This document shows, piece after piece, positions 56,901 to 63,280 of a DNA stretch of 64,000 nt. The position numbers and the translations under genes are program-made. The stretch's first letter is position 1; the number at the start of each line of letters is the position of its first letter. Origin of the DNA: a bacterium (GTDB lineage: Bacteria > UBA8248); NCBI GenBank assembly GCA_963692865.2, contig OY843592.1:3008001-3072000 (forward strand), read 5' to 3'. The notes beneath the pieces are model-generated. The model searched no databases. It was given only the letters and a program-made list of their open reading frames with translations, and was not told the origin of the DNA.

Positions 56901-57593
56901 GCCCTCCGTGGTGATGGAAGCGCTGCCCGCCACGTCGATGTCGGTGTCGCCCTCGATCGTGGCGGTTTGGGTGCTGTCATACTGAAAGGCGTATATCCCG
57001 TCGGCTTCGTCGCCCTTCGTGGTAATCGACGCGCTGCCCGCCACGTCGATGTCGATTTTGCCATCCGCTTTGAAGCCCGGACCCGAGCCTATGTAGTGGT
57101 AGCCGTATATCCCGTGGGAGTCGTCGGAATTCGTGGTGATCGAAGCGCTGCCCTCCACGAGGATTTTGCCGTCCCGTTTGGTCAGGCCGTAGACGCCGTA
57201 TCCTTCATTCGTGGTGGAGGTCAACGTGATCGAGGCGGCTCCATCCACGGTGATGTCGTAGTCGCCGTTGCCCTGGTGCCGGGCCCAGACGCCGTGGATA
57301 TTGCCGGCGTTCGGCGCCGCCGTGGAGATGACGCCGCCCGTCACGTCGATGTCGATGTCGCCCGTATTCTGGTGGTTGCCGTAGACGGCGTGGTTGTCCG
57401 ACGTGGTGATGTCGAAGTTCGTCAGGTCGATGGCCAGGTCGCCGCTCGTCGTCTTCACGCACTTTACCCTTTTCCCGGCCGTGGGGTTGCCCGAAGCGGG
57501 GCATTCCTCCTGCTGCTGGGCCGTAGCCGGCCCGGCGCAGAGGATCAGGGCGGCGGCCAGGGCGACGGCGCCCGCGAGAACCCGCGCACTCAC
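50919..57593 (-). CDS. Large autotransporter-like surface adhesin: signal peptide, beta-helix-like repeats, 11 Fn3 domains, C-terminal beta-barrel. True start probably ATG 57772, currently out of frame
   Basis: Hydrophobic ALAAALILCAGPATA; repeated DIDVAGSASITT.G..A.GIY; Fn3 motifs SVALSW...DGGSPITKWQY...TVTGLTNG..YRFRVRAVN; barrel with WSLWGRG and terminal LRGSLRW. Confidence 0.85.
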   Translation of the reverse strand: MSARVLAGAVALAAALILCAGPATAQQQEECPASGNPTAGKRVKCVKTTSGDLAIDLTNFDITTSDNHAVYGNHQNTGDIDIDVTGGVISTAAPNAGNIHGVWARHQGNGDYDITVDGAASITLTSTTNEGYGVYGLTKRDGKILVEGSASITTNSDDSHGIYGYHYIGSGPGFKADGKIDIDVAGSASITTKGDEADGIYAFQYDSTQTATIEGDTDIDVAGSASITTEGERSHGISAWHAILSNTGPIYGDIEIDVAGSASINTKKDGSHGIYGLHYGIASATKSANVDLGLDGASIETEGDDAHGIFAWHYNESSNSKGNLEIDVAGGASITTGGADSHGAYGVHTGAGGDIDLDVRGASTSVTTTGADAHGVYAGHRTGEGTIAISIGAGASLTASGAKASGVRIGGFNSTTQALELAAKLGTDGYRQQTVTVNGSVTGGSGDAAGVYLSGGGKVVIGKDASLRAASGAAIRAARKLATETAPALHVSLTLDGRTMAQVFGDDYIMNDGGVTTIVLNGTTLHDEDGNTGNTARNGRWNVSLKSSQSVEGRDFSKTDFIEIETPPAPSKPGVTPGDRSVTLSWTSGGAGGSAITKWQYAYKQSYGYGSWSDICETSQDATCPNRTSHTVTGLINGNTYKFKVRAVNTGGPGVDSPESNAVTPAAPPGTPSWISFYPVTAGDASVNLYWFSPSDGGTGITKFQYAFASKPPGGNYGGYGSWTDACAMASDHDTLPDCRQVFFNAHTVTGLFNGTSYKFKVRAVNAIGGGAASPESIELALTGPPPPPEKPGATAGAGSVALTWISRGDGGHPITKWQYVKKAGDEDFETDWTDICVTATQPDCPERAKHTVTGLAFGTEYRFKVRAVNGEGDGAASPESDAVRPSNPVSTPSAPFITGPGGQPGAVAGDGSATFFWTSGGDGGSSITKWQYVKQAGDEDFETFWTDICVTATEPDCPDRRSHTVTGLTNGVAYRFRVRAVNRLGAGAASGATNAVTPVGAPSAPSITGPGGQPGAVAGDGSATLFWTSGGDGGSPITKWQYVKQAGDGDFETVWTDICVTAMEPDCPDRTSHTVTGLTNGVAYRFRVRAVNALGAGAASEATNAVTPVSTPSAPSITGPGGQPGAVSGDGSATLFWTSGGDGGSPITKWQYVKQAGDEDFETVWTDICVTATEPDCPDRTSHTVTGLTNGVTYRFRVRAVNGLGAGAASGATDALTPAAKPSAPSKPVATAGDGSVALSWTPGSDGGSSITKWQYVKQAGDEDFETVWTDICVTATEPDCPDRTSHTVTGLTNGVTYRFRVRAVNGLGAGAASGATNAVTPVSTPSAPSKPVATAGDGSVALSWTPGSDGGSPITKWQYVKQAGDGDFETVWTDICVTAMEPDCPDRTSHTVTGLTNGVTYRFRVRAVNALGAGAASEATDALTPAAKPSAPSKPVATAGDGSVALSWTPGSDGGSSITKWQYVKQAGDGDFETVWTDICVTAMEPDCPDRTSHTVTGLTNGVTYRFRVRAVNRLGAGAASGATNAVTPVSTPSAPSKPVATAGDGSVALSWTPGSDGGSPITKWQYVKQAGDGDFETVWTDICVTAMEPDCPDRTSHTVTGLTNGVTYRFRVRAVNALGAGAASEATDALTPAAKPSAPSKPVATAGDGSVALSWTPGSDGGSSITKWQYVKQAGGGAFETAWRDVPGSGASTRRHTVASLVNGVAYRFKVRAVNAAGEGAASPASDAVTPVWSPPAMRGWLARFGRAVGSQAVEMISSRMNAPAPGGAKVTLGGRSVDLNADPDRYLAKEGAGFGSASLTHGGTDSRGLARARAANRPANGEEDSPAYREMTMSEFLRGGSFHLASAGEGEAVPGGRWSLWGRGARTSFEGGGAAAIEGDVSTAMLGVDYEKNAVLMGVALSHARGEGGFESGGRSGVEATLTSAHPYLRFALNERVTAWGVLGMGRGEMTLEMDRKDVRQKAEAETDIEMRMAAFGLRGELAKVGGFDLAVKSDVLLAQTDADAKDGLDAVSAEATRLRVMLEASREVSMKDGGAFRPSVEAGLRHDGGDADEGAGVEVGGSLRFTSPALGLTLEFKARGLLTHEEEDAADWGAGGMIRIAPGEAGRGLALTVRPEMGETAGGAARLWGLKDASRLAKEEVRGLDPRVRAEVGYGLDAWGGLLTPYAGLSVSEGGSGIYRLGGRFKVGERLSMSVEGDVRERENDDPAHGVALRGSLRW
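52388..55900 (-). repeat. Tandem Fn3-coding repeats (312-bp and 330-bp periods)
   Basis: Shadow ORFs recur at 52774/53086/53398/53710/54022 (step 312) and 54352/54682 (step 330); DNA is near-identical between units. Confidence 0.95.
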
Positions 57594-57772
57594 GCCGCGC
57601 CTCTTCTTTGGAGACTGGAGACTGGAGACTGGAGACTGGAGACTGGAGACTGGAGACTGGAGACTGGAGACTGGAGACTGGAGACTGGAGACTGGAGACT
57701 GGAGACTGGAGACTGGAATTTCATGATATCACGTTTCGGAGAGCGGATAAACGCCGGCTTGGAAGCATTCAT
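57590..57772 (-). CDS. Leader ORF / frameshifted 5' end of the adhesin, containing (QSPVSSL)5
   Basis: AAGGAGG (57785-57779) lies 6 nt before ATG 57772; its TGA overlaps the adhesin GTG (GTGA, 57593-57590). Confidence 0.7.
   Translation of the reverse strand: MNASKPAFIRSPKRDIMKFQSPVSSLQSPVSSLQSPVSSLQSPVSSLQSPVSSLQRRGAA
57609..57717. repeat. Perfect heptanucleotide SSR (TGGAGAC)x15 + TGGA
   Basis: Counted directly: 57609-57713 = 105 nt. Confidence 0.98.
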
Positions 57773-57797
57773 GACCAACCTCCTTGAGCGTCGTTCC

Positions 57798-57856
57798 CGA
57801 TTCGGTCACACCGCATGAAGCGAGGAAGCCGGAATCCCGGCTTCTGTGCCGAATCG
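57798..57856 (-). promoter_or_regulatory. Structured 5' leader upstream of the adhesin RBS
   Basis: Outer stem CGATTCGG(T)CACA/TGTGCCGAATCG encloses the hairpin GAAGCCGG-AATC-CCGGCTTC; AT-rich putative promoter at 57860-57970. Confidence 0.5.
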
Positions 57857-58293
57857 CTTGAATTATTTTAACCTCAACCCTAACTTCGTCGCGGAATTGG
57901 TTAAATTATTTTGATTTTTATATTTTTAGCACACTGATATGGCGCATTGCAATACGATCGTTTGATTAACGAGGGGGCGGGGCCGCGGCTTGTCCTCAAG
58001 GGAGGCCGACACCTTGCGGAAGGCGCGAAGCTTCGCAGGGCCGGATATGACCGCGGGGCAGGCGCGGGAGCCTCGAACAGGCGCAGGGGCGCCTGTCTCT
58101 ATGGGGGCGCATTCTATATCCGCAGGGGGCAGTCCCGAGGAGGAGCGGCCCCGGGTATGCGTAATTCCTCACTCTTCGAGGTTGTTGAAAAGGGAATTGT
58201 AGAGAATAGTTGACAAACATATTTCGTCAACCTGATTATACTCTTGCCGGCGAGTTGGGGAAACTGGATGGCTGGAATGAAAGGACGGAAGCA

Positions 58294-58491
58294 ATGACAA
58301 CCTACGAAACATTAAATCTCCTGTCATCGCTTCCCATGCCGATAGTTGTAAGTGTCGGCATTTATGCAATGGCTCAAGCAAACAACAAAAGAGCGGAGGC
58401 AGGCAAAAAAACTGAAGATGCGCTTACGGAAGCCATCGCAGGATTACGTGATGCCAATCGAGCCTTGCGAGAAATTTTGGAAAAGAAATAA
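58294..58491 (+). CDS. Small hypothetical protein (65 aa): N-terminal hydrophobic segment plus coiled coil
   Basis: MTTYETLNLLSSLPMPIVVSVGIYAMAQANNKRAEAGKKTEDALTEAIAGLRDANRALREILEKK; AAGGA upstream; AT-richer than neighbouring genes. Confidence 0.55.
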   Translation: MTTYETLNLLSSLPMPIVVSVGIYAMAQANNKRAEAGKKTEDALTEAIAGLRDANRALREILEKK

Positions 58492-58560
58492 TCCTGTGCG
58501 ACCCGGAATGCTTGCTCCGCAAAAAGATTCGAGATATCTGGTCAAGTAAAATTGATAACT

Positions 58561-58763
58561 CCCGTTGAAAAAGCCGGAGAGAGACAATTTGTTTGTAGGT
58601 GATAACCTCTCCTCGGGGTTGTCCCGCGCATATCATGCGGCCCGCCTTGTAGAGGCGAAAATCAGGGCCGCATGATATGTCAGACATATATGCCTGACCT
58701 ACAAAAACCATTCCTCGTCGGTCGCATCGAACCCTCGTTCATCAGGACTTTTTAACAGGCCCC
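58561..58763. mobile_element. Second copy of the 46987-47168 MITE with the inner cassette inverted
   Basis: Same outer arms (GTTGAAAAAGCCGGAGAGAGACAATTTGTTTGTAGG; CCTACAAAAACC...CGTTCATCAGGACTTTT); inner 58595-58702 matches 47024-47107 on the opposite strand. Confidence 0.85.
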
Positions 58764-58801
58764 CTTCAGGGCCGTTGAAAAAGTCCCGGACGAACCGCCC
58801 G

Positions 58802-59368
58802 CTACGCCGACTTCACGCGCTCGATGTATTCACCCGTGCGCGTGTCTATCTTGAGCACGTCGCCCTCGTTCAGGAACAGGGGCACGGTGACCACCGCGCC
58901 CGTCTCCAGTTCCGCCTGCTTGGTCGCGCCCGTCGCCGTATCGCCACGCACGCCGGGTTCGGTCTTCTTGATGGCCAGCTCCACGAACGTGGGCATTTCG
59001 ACCGAAATCGCGTCGCCCTTGTGGAAGAGGATGTCGACTACCGTCTCCTCGCGCAGGAGTTTGACGCTCTCGCCAAGCTTCTCCTCCCCCAGCCCGGTCT
59101 GGTCGTAGGTTTGCGTATCCATGAAATAGAATACGTCGCCGTCGCGGTAGAGATACTGCATCTGTTTCTGCTCGATCCCGGGGTCGCCGACGGACTCGCC
59201 CGAGCGGAACGTCTTCTCCAGAACGCGGCCGGTTCTCAGATTCTTGAGTTTCGTGCGCACGAAGGCCCCGCCCTTGCCGGGTTTTACGTGCTGGAACTCC
59301 ACGATGACGAACGGCTCGTTTTCGAGCTCGATTTTCAGTCCGTTACGGAAATCACTTGTCGAGGGCAT
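58802..59368 (-). CDS. efp: Elongation factor P
   Basis: HVKPGKGGAFVR, PGVRGDTA, KIDTRTGEY. Confidence 0.97.
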   Translation of the reverse strand: MPSTSDFRNGLKIELENEPFVIVEFQHVKPGKGGAFVRTKLKNLRTGRVLEKTFRSGESVGDPGIEQKQMQYLYRDGDVFYFMDTQTYDQTGLGEEKLGESVKLLREETVVDILFHKGDAISVEMPTFVELAIKKTEPGVRGDTATGATKQAELETGAVVTVPLFLNEGDVLKIDTRTGEYIERVKSA

Positions 59369-59400
59369 CTGTCCGAAAAACCTCCTGATGATGAAAATGG

Positions 59401-60471
59401 CTACAAGACGACGAGTTCCTTCGTGATCGAGCGGGTGAGCACCTCCCTGCCCCGCTCGGTGACGAGAACCATATCCTCGATTCTCACGCCGCCCCAGCGG
59501 GGCAGATAGATGCCGGGCTCCACCGTCACCACCATGCCGGGCCGGAGCTCCTCCCTGACGCCGGGACCGAGCCTGGGGGCTTCGTGGATGTCGAGCCCCA
59601 CGCCGTGGCCCGTGCCGTGCCCGAAAGCCTCGCCGTAGCCGTACGCTGTGATGACGTCGCGGGCGGCCCTATCCACCTCCCCGCAGGGGACGCCCGGCCG
59701 CACGGCTTCCAGCGCCGTCATCTGGGCTTCGAGGACGACGTTATATATCTTCTCTCCCTTGGGCGACGGCTTTCCCAGCGAGAACACCCGCGTCGTATCC
59801 GCATGGTAGCCCGACACCACGGCCCCGAAATCGACCGTGATGAGGTCGCCTTTTTTGAGTTTGCGCGAGGAGGCGATGCCGTGCGGGAGGGCCGAGCGCG
59901 GCCCCGAGGCGACGATGGTGTCGAAAGAAGCGCCCGAGGCGCCCCTTCTCCTCATCGCGGTTTCGAGATCGAGCGCGACTTCCGACTCGGCGCGGCCCGG
60001 ACGAATCGACGCCGAAACCTCCTGCAGGGCCCCCGCGTTCACCCGCGCGCCTTTTTTGAGTTTTTTGATCTCGCCCGAATCCTTGCAGAGCCTCAAACCC
60101 TCCACGAGGCCCGAGACGGGTTTCAGGCGCACGCCCTTCACGAGCCTTCGCATCTGCCGATACGCCCCGTGGACGAGGTGCGCTTCTTCGAAGCCGAGCG
60201 TCTTCGCCCTCGTTTTCTTGAGTTCCGCCGCTATCCCCGGAAGCGGGGAGGGGTGCTCGGCGCGGCGAAAACCGGGCGGCGCCTCTTTCGCCGCCTGCGA
60301 GCGGTAGCGGAAATCCGTGATGAAGACGGCGCTCCTCGGGAGGATCAGGCATGCGCCCGCAGAACCCGTGAACCCGGTGAGATAGTGGAGGTTCTTCCTG
60401 TTCGTCACGGCGAGGGCCGCGAGGCCTTCGCGCCGCATCGCCTTTCTCAGGGCGCCCAGACGCTGCCTCAT
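59401..60471 (-). CDS. Xaa-Pro aminopeptidase (M24B)
   Basis: [39 protein letters not shown]; aroQ-peptidase-efp order; start ATG at 60471. Confidence 0.92.
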   Translation of the reverse strand: MRQRLGALRKAMRREGLAALAVTNRKNLHYLTGFTGSAGACLILPRSAVFITDFRYRSQAAKEAPPGFRRAEHPSPLPGIAAELKKTRAKTLGFEEAHLVHGAYRQMRRLVKGVRLKPVSGLVEGLRLCKDSGEIKKLKKGARVNAGALQEVSASIRPGRAESEVALDLETAMRRRGASGASFDTIVASGPRSALPHGIASSRKLKKGDLITVDFGAVVSGYHADTTRVFSLGKPSPKGEKIYNVVLEAQMTALEAVRPGVPCGEVDRAARDVITAYGYGEAFGHGTGHGVGLDIHEAPRLGPGVREELRPGMVVTVEPGIYLPRWGGVRIEDMVLVTERGREVLTRSITKELVVL

Positions 60472-60965
60472 TCTCCCTCCGCCGGAAACGTCAACCCCTT
60501 GACGCAGGCGTCGACCGCCGCGCGCAGGGCCAGGGCGTAGCCCGCCAGGCCGAACCCGACCACGCTTCCCGCCGCCACGGGCCCGATCATCGAGCGGTGC
60601 CGGAAACCCTCGCGCTTCAGGACGTTCGAGATGTGCACCTCGTAGACGGGCAGATCCAGGCCGCCTATCGCGTCCCGGAGCGCGACGCTGGTGTGGGTGT
60701 ATCCCCCCGGATTGAAGACGCAGGCGGCGCATACGCCCGCGGGAGCCGCTCTTTTCAAGGGCCGCTTCACGCCCGCCGCGCGCTGTAAGGCGTCGATGAG
60801 TTCTCCCTCGACGTTGGACTGGAAACACTCGAGCTCCACCCCCTCGTCCGCGGCCATACGGACCAGGGCCGCCTCGAGTTCGGCCAGCGTCGTCCTGCCG
60901 TAGACTTCCGGCTCGCGCGTTCCCAGCAGATTGAGGTTCGGGCCGTTCAAAAGCAGTATTCTCAT
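60468..60965 (-). CDS. aroQ: Type II 3-dehydroquinate dehydratase
   Basis: LNGPNLNLLGTREPEVYG, QSNVEG, NPGGYTHTS, EVHISN; start ATG at 60965. Confidence 0.95.
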   Translation of the reverse strand: MRILLLNGPNLNLLGTREPEVYGRTTLAELEAALVRMAADEGVELECFQSNVEGELIDALQRAAGVKRPLKRAAPAGVCAACVFNPGGYTHTSVALRDAIGGLDLPVYEVHISNVLKREGFRHRSMIGPVAAGSVVGFGLAGYALALRAAVDACVKGLTFPAEGE

Positions 60966-61073
60966 GTGTCCACCCGAAGAGGGTCTATCGCATCCGCATG
61001 AAAACAGGTAGCGAATGGTAGAAAACACGGGCGGCGGCGTCAATGAACGGGAGCCACCGAACTCGTGATTAAC

Positions 61074-62197
61074 GGGCTGGTCGAAAAAGCCCCGCATGCG
61101 ACCCCCGCAAACCGCCGACGCTTCTTCCCTCACCCTGAGTAGCCGCCGGGGGTCAAACGCGACTGAGAAGGAGCGTTTGTATCGAAGGGTGAAATTCGCG
61201 CCCACCGTAGAGGTGCGCCCCGGCGAACCCTCCCTCATCGGAGTTGCTGAAAAAGCCCACAGAAGGAACACAACGAGTTTCACTCCCCCCTTGAGGGGGC
61301 TGTTGAAAAAACCCTGATTTCGCGACTCGGCGAATGCAGCCGACCGGGAAGGGAGGGTTCGACGGTTTTGATCGTCATTCCGGTGTCGGAGCCGACCGCG
61401 GAGGGAGGTCGAACCCGATTGATGAATGAGGGTTCGACGGAATCCAGAGCCGATATGAATTTCGAGCCGCAGGACGACCATGAAAAACAATCATGCGAAA
61501 AGACGAATTCAAAAGCAAAGTCCCTGGATTCCGGCATGCGCCGGAATGACGGCGCGTAATCTCGATTGTAGGGGCCGCATATCATGCGGCCCGTTGCCGG
61601 AGACGCGAAAAAGGCTGGGCCGCATGATATGTCAAACATATATGTCTGACCTACAATGCTATCGCGTTTTGCGTAGCAGGACAGGCACGGAGGCCTGTCC
61701 CTACGGGATCATCACGTCGCCGACCGAGCGCGGAACAGGGTTTTTCAACGGCCCCAAAGGGGGGAGTGAACTTCAAAAGCGTGCGCGCAACTAAAATCGC
61801 TCCCGAGGACTTTTTCAACAATCCCATACACGCAGCCCTTGACGGGCGGCGAAAAGGCTGGGTCGCATGGTATGCGACCCCTACAACAGGAACGGCAATA
61901 ACGTCGGAATGACGAACAAAACCGTTCCACTTCATTTGGACAGATCGCGATCTCGGACGGGCCGGGGGCCTCTACGCTACGGACCCTCCTCCTCGATTGG
62001 TTTCATACACCAAATCTCGAAATCAGGACTATTTCAACAACCCCCCTCAAGGGGGGAGTGAAATTCAAAAGCGTGCGCACAACTCAAAATTGCTTCCCGG
62101 GACTTTTCAACAGGCCCTCATCGGTCGGGTTCGTGCCTTCGATACGCGGCTTCGCCGCTACTCAGGATGAGACAGAGAGGGCTTTTTCCACAACCCC
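61074..62197. repeat. Composite palindromic intergenic array 5 (1.1 kb, nested ends) between aroB and aroQ
   Basis: Left-type ends at ~61074, ~61240 and 61296; right-type ends ending at ~61755, 61825, 62046, 62117 and 62197; CGTC doublet 61373-61551; GTAG doublet 61568-61654. Confidence 0.85.
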
Positions 62198-63280
62198 TCA
62201 ACCGGCCAGCGCGCCGCGCCACAAGCGGGGCGGAACCTCTGCGCCCGGCTCCACCTCGCCGATCCTGCGCATCAGAACGAACCGGGGGCTGCCCCGCCGG
62301 GTTTTCTTGTCGCCGGCGAGGAGTCTCTTCAGTACCGCGAGTTTCGGCGGCTCCTCCATATTCGTGGGCAGGCCGAAACGACCGAGCAGGGCGGTCAGCC
62401 GCTCCACGTCGCCGGGCGCGCAGCGCCCCAGTTCGCAGGATATGCGGCTCGCGGCGCACATGCCGATGGCGACCGCCTCTCCGTGAAGCAGTTCGGAGGA
62501 ATAGCCCGCCAGCGCCTCCACCGCATGCCCGAGCGTATGGCCGTAGTTGAGTATCTGCCTGAGACCCGACTCGCGCTCGTCCTGCTCGACGACCCGCGCC
62601 TTGATCCGGCAGTTCGTGGCGACGACCCGCTCCATCACAGCCTCGTCGCGAGCGAGAACCAACGCCTCGTTCTTCTCAAGGTAAGCGAAAAGGCGGGCGT
62701 CGGCGATGGCCGCGTGCTTCACCACCTCGGCCAGCCCCGCCCTGAACTCCCGCTCGGGCAGCGTCTCGAGAGACGACGTGTCGCTCACCACGGCCGCCGG
62801 CTGATGAAACGCGCCCACGAGGTTTTTCCCCAGCTTGTGGTCGACCGCCGTCTTGCCGCCCACCGCGCTGTCCACCTGGGCGAGGAGCGTCGTCGGCGCC
62901 TGAACGTAGGGAATCCCCCGCAGGAAGACGGCCGCCGCGAATCCGGCGACGTCGCCAACGACGCCGCCGCCCAGGGCCACGGCGCCGCAGCCCCTGTCCA
63001 GCCGCATGGAGGCCATCTTGTCCAGGATTCCCGACAGCCGGCGCATCGACTTGCTCGCCTCGCCCGCCGGAATCCTGAGGAGCGCCGCCTGAACGCCGGC
63101 CGCGTCTAGCGAAGCAAGCGTCTTCTCGGCGTAGAGAGGCGCCACGTTCGCGTCCGTAACGACGAGCGCCCGCCCGCCCCTGAAACGGCGCAGGCATACC
63201 CTTCCGATTTCCCCGAGCTCTCCTGCGCCGATGCGAATCGTGTAGGAGCGCTCCCCCAGGCGAACCCGGACGTTCCTCAT
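62198..63280 (-). CDS. aroB: 3-dehydroquinate synthase
   Basis: ALGGGVVGD, PTTLLAQVDSAVGGKT, KNLVGAFHQP, LNYGHTLGHA, HGEAV; start ATG at 63280. Confidence 0.96.
   Translation of the reverse strand: MRNVRVRLGERSYTIRIGAGELGEIGRVCLRRFRGGRALVVTDANVAPLYAEKTLASLDAAGVQAALLRIPAGEASKSMRRLSGILDKMASMRLDRGCGAVALGGGVVGDVAGFAAAVFLRGIPYVQAPTTLLAQVDSAVGGKTAVDHKLGKNLVGAFHQPAAVVSDTSSLETLPEREFRAGLAEVVKHAAIADARLFAYLEKNEALVLARDEAVMERVVATNCRIKARVVEQDERESGLRQILNYGHTLGHAVEALAGYSSELLHGEAVAIGMCAASRISCELGRCAPGDVERLTALLGRFGLPTNMEEPPKLAVLKRLLAGDKKTRRGSPRFVLMRRIGEVEPGAEVPPRLWRGALAG

Noticed and set aside
61616-61650. dif/Xer site (GGGCCGCATGATATGTCAAAC resembles XerC/XerD arms; xerC is in the window)
   Set aside because: Lacks the 11-6-11 spacing and is fully explained as fused GTAG-REP hairpins. 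xerC sits in its normal housekeeping context, not an integron or prophage.
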